DNA from: Bythopirellula sp.
Lineage (GTDB): Bacteria > Planctomycetota > Planctomycetia > Pirellulales > Lacipirellulaceae
Direction: 5' to 3'
Assembly (NCBI GenBank): GCA_965216565.1
Contig: OZ244170.1
Location: 4,128,001-4,192,000, forward strand
DNA length: 64,000 nt
In this document: positions 19,017 to 28,542 of the stretch, piece after piece
How positions within the stretch are numbered: position 1 is the first letter of the stretch
Layout of the letters: each line of letters begins with the position of its first letter
Notes under the pieces: model-generated
Told to the model about the DNA's origin: nothing
What the model saw: only the letters and a program-made list of their open reading frames with translations
Database searches by the model: none
Translations under genes and position numbers: made by a program

Positions 19017-21593
19017 ATGACGATCCCCAAGGTGCCCCTTCTTGTTATCGCACTCGTCCTGTCATTCTCGGGGACAGCGCGCAGCGAAACCAGTATCGCG
19101 GTGATTGCAATTCCTGAATCCGAGTCGCACAACGACCACTATGTCAGCAATCGCCAGCCACTTGTTGCAAGCAGACTGATCAAGCTGCCCGTCGGTAGCG
19201 TTAAGCCCCGCGGTTGGCTGTTAGAAACTCTCAACAGACAACGCAATGGCCTGGCAGGCCATTTGCCAAAGGTTAGTTCGTGGCTAGAGAAAGACGGCAA
19301 TGCTTGGCTTTCAGAAGATGGTCGCGGCAAGTGGGGCTGGGAGGAAGTTCCCTATTGGTTGAGAGGTGCCATTAGTCTGGCAACGCTTTTAGAGGATGAA
19401 CAACTCGAAAAGGAAGTTCAGGTTTGGATCGAGGCGGTTTTTGCCGGGCAGCGACCCGACGGACACTTTGGCCCCTTGCGAGTGTTCGGCGACGATGGCT
19501 CGCAAGACCTTTGGGCTAACATGGTCATGCTTGCTTGCCTGCAATCTTACTACGAGCACTCACTAGACCAACGGGTACTTGATTTAATGACCAGGTACTT
19601 CCGTTTTCAAGCCAGAATTCCAGACGAGAAGTTCCTTACCCACTTTTGGCAGTTCTACCGTGGTGGCGATAACCTGCAATCTGTTTATTGGCTCTACAAT
19701 CACACCGGTGATGAGTGGCTGCTCGACCTGGCAGACAAAGTTCATCGCAACACTTCCGATTGGCGTCAGCAAAACGATCTCCCGAATTGGCATAACGTTA
19801 ACATTGCCCAGGGATTCGGAGAGCCGGCCACCTATTTTCTCCAGTCTCACGACCGAAACGATCTCGCCGCTGCCTACGACAATTTCCATACTGCTCGAGC
19901 AGAATTTGGCCAAGTGCCCGGTGGTATGTTTGGGGCCGACGAAAATGCACGCACAGGATATTACGATCCGCGTCAAGCCATCGAGACTTGTGGCGTCGTA
20001 GAGCAGATGATATCCGACGAGTCTTTACTCTGCATCACTGGAGACACTTTCTGGGCCGATCACTTGGAGGAAGTTGCATTTAATACGCTCACTGCGGCCT
20101 TCATGCCCGACTATCGTTCGCTGCGGTACCTAGTGAGCCCAAATCTTGTACGTAGCAACCGCCGCAATCATGCACCCGGTGTTGAGAACATTGGCCCCAT
20201 GTTTGTGATGAATCCTCTGAGCCATCGTTGCTGCCAACACAACCATTCTGTCGCTTGGCCGCGTTTGGTAGAACACCTGTGGATGGCCACTCCAGACAAC
20301 GGCATCTGTGCCACGGTCTACGGACCCAGTTCCGTCAGCGCCAAGGTGGCCGACGGGGTCGAAGTCCGCATTGTTGAAACGACTCATTATCCTTTTGAGG
20401 AAGAGACAAAGTTCAAGCTCGAATTGCCTCAGCCTGTCGAGTTTCCGCTCTACCTACGGATCCCCAAATGGTGCATGGAATCTGAAGTGTTCGTAAACGA
20501 TACGCCCGTGGCTGAAAACATGGCTCCCAATAACTACGTTCGCATTTTGCGAACCTGGAAGGATGGAGATACCGTTACCCTGCAAATGCCCATGAAACTA
20601 AAAGTTCATCGGTGGCAAAACAACCGCAACAGTGTTAGCGTCAATCGAGGACCGCTAACGTATTCTCTTCAAATTGGCCAACACATTGTTCAGTGCGATC
20701 CCACGGTTACGGCTACACAGGATTCGCAATGGCGAGATGATGTTGATCCCGAGGAATGGCGCGCTTTCGAAGTCCTCCCCAGCACACCCTGGAATTACGG
20801 ACTGTTGCTCAATGAGCCAGAACCCGAGGAATCGTTTGTCGTCGAAACACGTGCCTGGCCCGAGGATGACTACCCTTTTTCCACCGAGACAACTCCAATA
20901 GCTTTGAAGTGCAAGGCGAAGAGAATTCCAGAATGGAAATACGATCTCACCGGACTCTGTGCTCCATTGCAAGACAGCCCAGTCTATTCTGATGCCGCAG
21001 AGGAAACGGTGACGCTCATCCCCATGGGAGCCGCCTTGCTTCGAGTTTCTGCCTTCCCGGAAGTCCGCAGTGATCGGAATTTGCCTCGCTGGAAGGCGGG
21101 TATACCTGAACAGCCTGCTTTTACAGCGAGCGCGTCTCACTGTTTCGAACATGATCTGGTATCGGCGATGGTTGATGAACTAGAGCCTTGTGCCTCGAAC
21201 GATCGTGGAATTCCTCGTCACTCTTTTCTCCCCTACACCGGTACAACCGAGTGGCTGCAGGCTGATTTCAAGAATCCCCAGACTGTCGACCAAGTAAGAG
21301 TTTATTGGTGCGACGATTCTTCGAGATACGATGATGCTCCTACCGGCACCTTCGAAAACTCCCCCCCTACAAACTTGTGTCGTGTACCAAAGCGATGGCG
21401 GTTGATGTACCTTGTGGACGATAATTGGGAGGAAGTCACTTCGAAAGATCCCTATGGCGTTGAGGTCAATCGCTACAACCTCACAAGATTCGAGCCCGTC
21501 ACAACGACGTCGTTACGTCTCGAAGTGGAACTCATGGAAAACGCCTCGGCGGGTGTCCTGGAGTGGCAGGTAAGTCCAACCAATACCAAGTAG
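19017..21593 (+). CDS. GH127/GH146-like glycoside hydrolase with C-terminal discoidin-like module
   Basis: LPVGSVKPRGWL, WEEVPYW, IETC, HRCCQHN, LRIPKW, RGPLTYSL, LIPMG. Paralogous to 3906..5939. Confidence 0.88.
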   Translation: MTIPKVPLLVIALVLSFSGTARSETSIAVIAIPESESHNDHYVSNRQPLVASRLIKLPVGSVKPRGWLLETLNRQRNGLAGHLPKVSSWLEKDGNAWLSEDGRGKWGWEEVPYWLRGAISLATLLEDEQLEKEVQVWIEAVFAGQRPDGHFGPLRVFGDDGSQDLWANMVMLACLQSYYEHSLDQRVLDLMTRYFRFQARIPDEKFLTHFWQFYRGGDNLQSVYWLYNHTGDEWLLDLADKVHRNTSDWRQQNDLPNWHNVNIAQGFGEPATYFLQSHDRNDLAAAYDNFHTARAEFGQVPGGMFGADENARTGYYDPRQAIETCGVVEQMISDESLLCITGDTFWADHLEEVAFNTLTAAFMPDYRSLRYLVSPNLVRSNRRNHAPGVENIGPMFVMNPLSHRCCQHNHSVAWPRLVEHLWMATPDNGICATVYGPSSVSAKVADGVEVRIVETTHYPFEEETKFKLELPQPVEFPLYLRIPKWCMESEVFVNDTPVAENMAPNNYVRILRTWKDGDTVTLQMPMKLKVHRWQNNRNSVSVNRGPLTYSLQIGQHIVQCDPTVTATQDSQWRDDVDPEEWRAFEVLPSTPWNYGLLLNEPEPEESFVVETRAWPEDDYPFSTETTPIALKCKAKRIPEWKYDLTGLCAPLQDSPVYSDAAEETVTLIPMGAALLRVSAFPEVRSDRNLPRWKAGIPEQPAFTASASHCFEHDLVSAMVDELEPCASNDRGIPRHSFLPYTGTTEWLQADFKNPQTVDQVRVYWCDDSSRYDDAPTGTFENSPPTNLCRVPKRWRLMYLVDDNWEEVTSKDPYGVEVNRYNLTRFEPVTTTSLRLEVELMENASAGVLEWQVSPTNTK

Positions 21594-21636
21594 TACATTC
21601 GTATTACTTGGTGCCCAGGAACTAGGGTGGGGCACT

Positions 21637-22587
21637 TCAAGCGCTGCGATTGCTCGTGCGTTTGTGGCGGAATAGACTTATCGGCAGTGCCGAGAAGAGG
21701 AGCACCATGCTGTTGGGCTCGGGCACCAATGCTACAGTTGCCACCTGGGGAGTCGCTCCGTAGCCGGTCTCCCAGTCTGTCAAACTGCCAACACTAGGAT
21801 TCTCTTGCCAATGCAAAAAGTCGAGCCCGTCGACGTATCCATCGGAGTTGAAGTCGCCGGGTGTGCCACTTGTACCCTCGACAAGACTCCAATTGTCAAT
21901 CGCCACCAACGATTGGTCGGGCACCGCGTCACCAAACTTGAATACTAAGAGCTCAACAGAGGTAGTGACGACATCGCCGATGGGACCCACAATCCCCCCG
22001 CCCGAATAGACGGTAACTAACGATCCGCCATTGATTGAATACGAAACATCAATGGTATCTGTACCCTCGAAGTACTCTACCTTGAGTTTCAGGGCATCTC
22101 CATCGACATACCCGATGGAAATATTGTTGGGAGAAGCTCCTGCAATGTGGTCACTGTTGCCCATGAAATCGTTATGGTCCACCCTAAAGTGTCCGAAGCT
22201 GTTGTACACAACATCCAGAATGCCGTTGGCACCAATTGATCTAAACTTGAGATCACTCAGGGTTCCGCCTGAACCTGATAAAAGATGCGGGTCGAGTACA
22301 ACGTCCACCTCGTGAGTGAATGAGCCGACTGTGCCTCCAGTTGACCGATTGAGAGTCGTACCGGGCTGGCCATGGGCGTCTGTGATATTGTACCTACCCG
22401 AAACGATCCCAAGATGGCCATTGGGATCACCATTTTGGTTCCAAACAGGGTCCAAGTTGGGGTCGTTGAAGTTTTCCACGAAACCAATCGGCTGTCCGTG
22501 GGCTGCACATACTGCGGCAATCATCACAAAAAGGAACAGCACCGGTGTGACTATTCTGTTACGACTATTTTTTACGACTAAGCCCAT
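21637..22587 (-). CDS. PEP-CTERM protein, family B copy 3, with dockerin-like module
   Basis: GDPNGH, DAHG, FTHE, NSFG; GDFNSDGYVDGLDFLHWQ; VPEP + TM. Confidence 0.85.
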   Translation of the reverse strand: MGLVVKNSRNRIVTPVLFLFVMIAAVCAAHGQPIGFVENFNDPNLDPVWNQNGDPNGHLGIVSGRYNITDAHGQPGTTLNRSTGGTVGSFTHEVDVVLDPHLLSGSGGTLSDLKFRSIGANGILDVVYNSFGHFRVDHNDFMGNSDHIAGASPNNISIGYVDGDALKLKVEYFEGTDTIDVSYSINGGSLVTVYSGGGIVGPIGDVVTTSVELLVFKFGDAVPDQSLVAIDNWSLVEGTSGTPGDFNSDGYVDGLDFLHWQENPSVGSLTDWETGYGATPQVATVALVPEPNSMVLLFSALPISLFRHKRTSNRSA

Positions 22588-22652
22588 AGATTTCGCACTT
22601 TGTCCGAATTAGTTGAAAGGTTGATTGCCCTAAGCAATCCGTGCCATCGCTA

Positions 22653-23594
22653 TTAGGTGGTCCGCCCAGAGCGCCGGCTCAAGCTTAGAAATACGGTGGA
22701 TAATAGGAGCATCAAAATGCAATTTGGCTCGGGCACAGAACTGATTGAAGCCAACAAAGGCTCGGCACCGTAGTTTGTCTCCCAGTCGTTCAAGCTTCCA
22801 ACACTGGGGTTCTGTTGCCAGAGCAAGAAATCAAGACCGTCAACACTGCCGTCCGAATTGAAATCACCTGGAATAGCGTCGGGGACCAAACTCCACTTGT
22901 CAATCGAAGCGACAGCCTGTGTAGGCTCATCACTACCCCACTTGAATAGTTCGACTTCAACAAGGCTCGTGACAAGATCGCCTAGGGAGCCCCCGTTGCC
23001 AGTGCCTGTGTAGAAAGGAATGGCCGAGCCGCCATTGAGCGAATAGCTCACATCGACGGTATCTGTTCCTTGGTCATAGTCTGTTGTAAGTTTCAGAGTA
23101 TCCCCGTCCGAGTAACCAATGTTGGTATTGGGCTGGAGGTCGCCCAGCTGAACATTGTTGGGATCGCTGGAATTCAGGTGAAACAGCCGCATGGCTCCAA
23201 AGCTATTTACTACGAGCTCCAGAAAACCGTCCGCACCAAAGGACTTGAATTTGAAATCACTCTGAGTTCCACCCGAGCCGGAGAGAAGAAAGGGATTCAA
23301 AGTCAGTTCGATTTCGTGGGTGAAGGAGCTGAGCGTCCCCGATGTATTGCGGAGTAGCTTCACCCCAGGGGCGCCATGGGCGTCGGAAATGTCGTACGTA
23401 CCCGCAATAGTCGCGGGATGACCATTGGGGTCGCCGCTGAAGATCCATTCGTTGGGGTCGTACGAGGCCCCGCTGAACTCTTCTACGAATCCAGACGGTT
23501 GAGCATGTGCCACACACGTCGAAAGAACTATCGCCAGCAAAGCTAGGGTCGGCTTGACTGACCTAGTGCGATTCAAGACCCTGGCACGTCGCAT
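22653..23594 (-). CDS. PEP-CTERM protein, family B copy 2, with dockerin-like module
   Basis: Same motifs; GDFNSDGSVDGLDFLLWQ; VPEP + TM + RR. Confidence 0.85.
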   Translation of the reverse strand: MRRARVLNRTRSVKPTLALLAIVLSTCVAHAQPSGFVEEFSGASYDPNEWIFSGDPNGHPATIAGTYDISDAHGAPGVKLLRNTSGTLSSFTHEIELTLNPFLLSGSGGTQSDFKFKSFGADGFLELVVNSFGAMRLFHLNSSDPNNVQLGDLQPNTNIGYSDGDTLKLTTDYDQGTDTVDVSYSLNGGSAIPFYTGTGNGGSLGDLVTSLVEVELFKWGSDEPTQAVASIDKWSLVPDAIPGDFNSDGSVDGLDFLLWQQNPSVGSLNDWETNYGAEPLLASISSVPEPNCILMLLLSTVFLSLSRRSGRTT

Positions 23595-23798
23595 GGCAAT
23601 TCTCCCTCAACTCGGAATCGGTCCCGACATTGTCGTCTACTGAAGCAGCTGCCGCAAGAAAATTGGGAGCGTCGCTGGCAAATTGATCTCAGCCAGAAAA
23701 GCTCCCGGCAACTATTTCTAGAGGCACCCAACCAATCGCGCAGAATGAAGCCCTTATCAGGGTGCAGCTGCCCCAAATCTTCATGCACCGCTAGGGAA

Positions 23799-24563
23799 TT
23801 ACAACCGATTTCGCCGAGAGCAACCGACCAAGCTCAGGCTTGCAATTGCCAACAGAGCGATCGACGTCGGCTCCGGAACGGCTGCCAGTCTCCATCGGTC
23901 AATCGCTGCAACAGCTTGAGTTGATGGGTTGCTGCCAAACTTGAACAATTCAAATTCAACGAAGTTTGTAATAAGGTCGTCGATGGGGCCATCAATACCA
24001 CCGCCTGAGTAGAAGGCCTGAGTCGATCCGCCATTGAGCGAGTACGACACATCAATGGTATCCGTGTTTGCGTTGTAAACGGTGGTGAGTTTCAGGAGAT
24101 CCCCGTCAGCAATACCAATATTCGTGCTGGATTGGATGTCGCCACCTCCGCCATCGAAATCATTATGGAATATTCGCATGTTTCCGAAGCTGTTTAGCAC
24201 AATTTCCATAAAGCCATCCGCGCCGAACGACTTCCACTTGAAATCTGTCCCCGTTGTGGCGAGTGGATTGAAAGTGACTTCAATCTCGTGGGTGTACCCG
24301 CTAAGTGAGCCCGAAGTGCTACGGCTGAGCTTCACACCGGGGGAGCCATGGGCGTCTGTCATATCGTACGTTCCAGCGATAGAAGCGGGATGACCATTCG
24401 GGTCACCGCCTTGATTCCAGGCAGCGTCCAAGCCGGGACCGTCAAAGCCATCATCGAAGGCCATCGGCGTGGCACGAGAGGTGCCTTCCAATAGAACGAC
24501 CGCTAGGAGAGCTAGAGCGAGCTGAGCTGTGAAGAATGAACTTGAGTTTAAGATTGTTCTCAT
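23799..24563 (-). CDS. PEP-CTERM protein, family B copy 1 (no dockerin-like module)
   Basis: Same core domain followed directly by VPEPT + TM + RRNR. Confidence 0.85.
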   Translation of the reverse strand: MRTILNSSSFFTAQLALALLAVVLLEGTSRATPMAFDDGFDGPGLDAAWNQGGDPNGHPASIAGTYDMTDAHGSPGVKLSRSTSGSLSGYTHEIEVTFNPLATTGTDFKWKSFGADGFMEIVLNSFGNMRIFHNDFDGGGGDIQSSTNIGIADGDLLKLTTVYNANTDTIDVSYSLNGGSTQAFYSGGGIDGPIDDLITNFVEFELFKFGSNPSTQAVAAIDRWRLAAVPEPTSIALLAIASLSLVGCSRRNRL

Positions 24564-24821
24564 TAGATCCCACCCCGCATAAAGCAGAACTGTCGGTTTT
24601 TTAAAAGGATGTATTCGGAAAAGAACCGCTCTGGCTCGCAGAGAATATGTATAGGTGCCATCTGTCAGCTACATCCCCAGCGTCAGGAAATTGCAATAGA
24701 ATCGGAAGAATCTAAGTCTTTTTTCCAAAAAACGCGGCCCTGCAGCTTGAAATACGGGATAGGCAGAGGATCGGAGATATCTCATAAGTCCCCCGCCAGT
24801 AACGTCTTGGCGTTATCAGCC

Positions 24822-26537
24822 TCACCTTCCCAGAGATCGCCTTCGCCCAAGTAGGGAGGCAGACAAGTAGGCTAGCAGAAGCAAGGCATTGGGTTCGGGG
24901 ACGATAAAAAACACATTGTTCTGCATCGACATGCCAGTGTTGAGCTCAATCACCTGGCTGAGCGTATGGTTCTCTAAGTCTACGAGCGAATCGACAAACG
25001 GATCGTCGAAGAAGTCGTCCCCTGTATAGAAGAATCGATCAGCATCGCGGAGCCGCGTGAATTGGGAACTGAGGATTGCAGTCCCCAAGTCGCCCATGCT
25101 AGACCCAGGCAGGTGATCTTCGGAGATAATTCCGACCCACATATCGAGATTGTCGACGGTGTTGTAGGCGCTGGCTAGTTGGGCCTGGAGTACAGGATCA
25201 GAAGTTAGGTCGGCAAACGAATTCACAGGTGGGAGGCCGTAAGACGTTCGTGATTGATTGTAGCTATTTAGCAGGCCATGATCGCGCCCCCGCTGGATAT
25301 CGAGTGCCGCAAGATCGAGGGGAATACCCGATCCTGGCGGACCAAGCAGCATATTGCGAAGTTCGTCGACCATCTTGGTATCGTTTTCTTGCGCCGCCTG
25401 ACTTGCCAGTCCCTTGAGGATTTGGTTAGCAACCGTGGGATCGTTCGATAACAGACTTGGGTTCATCGATGCCTGAACCAATCCTAGCGTCCCAGCATTT
25501 GACCCATCTGGGTTTGCAAGTGCCAACTGGGGAGACTGCATGCTGTGGCCATATCGAAACGCCGCTGTTGAGAAGGCAAGCGTGATTGAAGCGTCGTTAA
25601 AGAGATCATAAGAAAAGTCTTCCGCCAACGGTGCAGTACTACCGATCATGGCTGGCAGGAACTCGTTGTACGTGATTGCCTGCATCTCCGCCCCCACAAT
25701 CTTGCGGGCCCGTTGATAGATTTCTTCATCTGTTAGCGTAGCGTCATTTGCCGCAAGCAAGTCTGCTAGGCGATTGTGTTCGCGGACAAAGAGAGCGTGG
25801 ATCGAAGTGAGTCCGACGTTTTCATTGGCACGCTCGTCGCCTGCCAGAAAGAACCCGCCGGCATTGGTTCCCGGCAGCAAACCACCCGCGGAGGTAATTA
25901 ACTTGCCACCCGCCATCGTCCGCAACGATGCGGCCGTTCCCGCATCGCTGCCATACACATTCGAAGCGTCGATGTACGACGTGTTACTATTAATTTGCCA
26001 ACGCGGTTCAAACTCGAACCCTTGCGAAGTGAGCACCATGCTGCCATCACCCGAATTCGGATCAAACTCCGACCGGTTAAAAGGGATCGGGCCCGGACCG
26101 AGAGGATCGTTGGGGTCGTTGATCGGAATACTGAAGTCGCCCGCAGCCCCAGTCGAAAGGTTATTAAAGACCGAGCCGGTGCGAATGAGGGACATGTCGT
26201 GTGTTAGAAACTGGCCCCAATGGACAACCCAGTCCGACAGCCCGCGCGCATTGATAATACTCCCCGTTTGCGCCAGGACAATATTACTTACGTCCCGCGG
26301 GTTAGGCTTGCCGGCGCGAGTAATCTCATCACCGATCTGATCGGGGTAGTCATCGTCGTAGCCAAAACGAACAACCCGTTCGCCTGCCACCCCTGCTTTG
26401 GTAAAGAAAGTGTTGTTTCCTGTTCCGTCAAACGTGCGGAACTCTTGGCCGCTTGAGCTATCTATCGCAAGCGATGCTGCCAGGCAGAGAGCAATATAGC
26501 ACCGATTCCTTCGTAATCCTGAGACGCACAACATCAA
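24822..26537 (-). CDS. Animal-type heme peroxidase (peroxidase-cyclooxygenase superfamily), PEP-CTERM anchored
   Basis: RTFDGTGNN, WGQFLTHD (distal His), TSYIDASNVYGS (Ca site), GDERANEN (distal Arg), AFRYGHS (proximal His), IQRGRDHG, QFTRLRDADRF; VPEP + TM + RRR. Confidence 0.92.
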   Translation of the reverse strand: MMLCVSGLRRNRCYIALCLAASLAIDSSSGQEFRTFDGTGNNTFFTKAGVAGERVVRFGYDDDYPDQIGDEITRAGKPNPRDVSNIVLAQTGSIINARGLSDWVVHWGQFLTHDMSLIRTGSVFNNLSTGAAGDFSIPINDPNDPLGPGPIPFNRSEFDPNSGDGSMVLTSQGFEFEPRWQINSNTSYIDASNVYGSDAGTAASLRTMAGGKLITSAGGLLPGTNAGGFFLAGDERANENVGLTSIHALFVREHNRLADLLAANDATLTDEEIYQRARKIVGAEMQAITYNEFLPAMIGSTAPLAEDFSYDLFNDASITLAFSTAAFRYGHSMQSPQLALANPDGSNAGTLGLVQASMNPSLLSNDPTVANQILKGLASQAAQENDTKMVDELRNMLLGPPGSGIPLDLAALDIQRGRDHGLLNSYNQSRTSYGLPPVNSFADLTSDPVLQAQLASAYNTVDNLDMWVGIISEDHLPGSSMGDLGTAILSSQFTRLRDADRFFYTGDDFFDDPFVDSLVDLENHTLSQVIELNTGMSMQNNVFFIVPEPNALLLLAYLSASLLGRRRSLGR

Positions 26538-26795
26538 GGAATCAATCGCTTTCTGAGGTAGATGAGTTGAGATCTTCGAATAACCTTTGGAAACTGAGAA
26601 ATCGCGAGTTGTTTAGGATAACAAGAAACTAATCTATGGCCCAATATTTTGGTATAACAAGGGATTCTTAGACACTAGATTTTGGGCGGGGAATTCTAGT
26701 CGATTCACTTTTTTGTCCAAAATCACATTGCTGTTGTAGTTGCTCTCTAGAGGTCGTTGTATTCATTTCTTTAGGTTCAAGATCCGGGCTGATTT

Positions 26796-28481
26796 ATGGC
26801 TCCCGTTCGAATTGGCACTATTTCCGCAATGGCTCTCTTGGGAGCTGTCCTAGGCGATCCCGTCATCCATGCCCAGCCCGCAGTGGAGGGCCAATGGGGC
26901 AGCGTGCTTAATTGGCCACTCGAAGCAATTCACTCCGTCATGCTGCCCACGGGCAAAGTTATGGTTTGGCAGTCGTGGCAGACCAGCGTCGCCCTTTGGG
27001 ACCCGGCAACCGGTTCGTTTGAGGATGCCGAGTTTCCCTCGGTCAACATTTTTTGCTCCGCTCACACTTGGCTGCCCGACGGCAGATTGTTTGTGGTGGG
27101 TGGTCAAAAGCCGGCTGGAAGTTTATGGGGAGAGCCAACCGCCGACATCTACGACCCCTGGACGAATACCTGGGCATCGCAAGATCCAAACGTCCCCGAT
27201 GTTCCTGCCATGAACCTCGGACGGTGGTACCCCAGCGCAACAACTATGGGCAACGGCGACATACTCGTGACTTCGGGATACTATTCTCCGAACCCGCCCT
27301 TCCCTACAAGACTCAATCCCTTGCCGCAAGTCTATGAGCATGAAACCAATACTTGGCGTGATTTGACCGATGCAAATCAACATATACCGGAATACCCGCG
27401 AATGATGCTGGCCCCTGATGGTCGTGTTGCATTGCTTGCCGACTTTGCCAGCGATTCGCAATGGCTGGATACTTCGGGGACGGGTCAGTGGTCTTTCTTA
27501 GGCGACAATCTCGACGGCGGTCTGCGCGACTATGGCCCTGCCGTGATGTACGACGCAGGCAAGGTTGCCTACTTGGGTGGAGGCGGAAACCCCACACAAA
27601 AAGTCAATCTGCTTGATCTCAACGACGCAAATCCGCAATGGACTTATGGTGCCGACGACATGACTCAACCCCGTCGGCAGAACAACGCGACTATATTAGC
27701 CGATGGCACGGTATTGATTACAGGTGGTACAAGTACCTCAAACAATGATCCGAATGGTGCCGTAACCACCGCCGAAATTTGGGATCCCGTTACCGAGCAA
27801 GTCACTCAGGTTGCCTCAGCAAGTAACATCTACCGTGGCTATCACTCCACCGCCCTGTTGCTTCCCGATGGCAGCGTATTAGTTGCCGGAGGAGAACATA
27901 ACCACAACAATAACGGACCCTTTGTTCAGAATTACGATGCAGAAATCTATGAGCCCGCCTATATGCACAGCGGTTCGCGTCCGACGATTACGGACCTACC
28001 CGACGCCGTGAGTTATGGAGAAACTTTTTTTGTAGAAACGCCAGACGCAGCAATCATCGCTCGCGCATTAATGGTCGTGCCAGGGGCCGTTACGCATGCT
28101 CAGGACTGGAGCCAACGGGCCAACCGGCTCGATGTGACGGAGGTTAGCGGTGGAGTTGAAATCACGCTTACCTCCAATTCCAACGAAGCCCCTCCGGGCA
28201 ACTACATGCTCTTTCTGATCGATGACAATGGCATCCCCTCGGTCGCCGAGTTTTTTATGGCAGAGTTCGGACAGCCGGGAGATTTTAATTTCGACGGCAA
28301 CGTTGATGGACTCGATTTTCTCGCCTGGCAAAGCGACCCCACTGTGGGCAGCTTGTCTGAGTGGGAGGCAAACTACGGAAATCCTACCGCTGCCTCTACC
28401 GTACCCGAGCCGTCTACTATCTTGATGGCCCTGGGGGCATTCTCTGCCTTAGGTTTTTTCTCGGCTCGGTATCGTCGCTGA
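26796..28481 (+). CDS. Copper-radical oxidase (galactose/glyoxal oxidase-like, CAZy AA5), PEP-CTERM anchored
   Basis: Kelch repeats; IFCSAH (Cys), RWYPS (Tyr), RGYHSTALL (Tyr-His), VTHA (His); APPGNYMLF (DUF1929-like); dockerin-like module; VPEP. Confidence 0.92.
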   Translation: MAPVRIGTISAMALLGAVLGDPVIHAQPAVEGQWGSVLNWPLEAIHSVMLPTGKVMVWQSWQTSVALWDPATGSFEDAEFPSVNIFCSAHTWLPDGRLFVVGGQKPAGSLWGEPTADIYDPWTNTWASQDPNVPDVPAMNLGRWYPSATTMGNGDILVTSGYYSPNPPFPTRLNPLPQVYEHETNTWRDLTDANQHIPEYPRMMLAPDGRVALLADFASDSQWLDTSGTGQWSFLGDNLDGGLRDYGPAVMYDAGKVAYLGGGGNPTQKVNLLDLNDANPQWTYGADDMTQPRRQNNATILADGTVLITGGTSTSNNDPNGAVTTAEIWDPVTEQVTQVASASNIYRGYHSTALLLPDGSVLVAGGEHNHNNNGPFVQNYDAEIYEPAYMHSGSRPTITDLPDAVSYGETFFVETPDAAIIARALMVVPGAVTHAQDWSQRANRLDVTEVSGGVEITLTSNSNEAPPGNYMLFLIDDNGIPSVAEFFMAEFGQPGDFNFDGNVDGLDFLAWQSDPTVGSLSEWEANYGNPTAASTVPEPSTILMALGAFSALGFFSARYRR

Positions 28482-28542
28482 GAGATTATGCTTGAAGAAG
28501 AATGTCTTGCCGCACCACTGATTGAGCCACACTGCAATAGTC

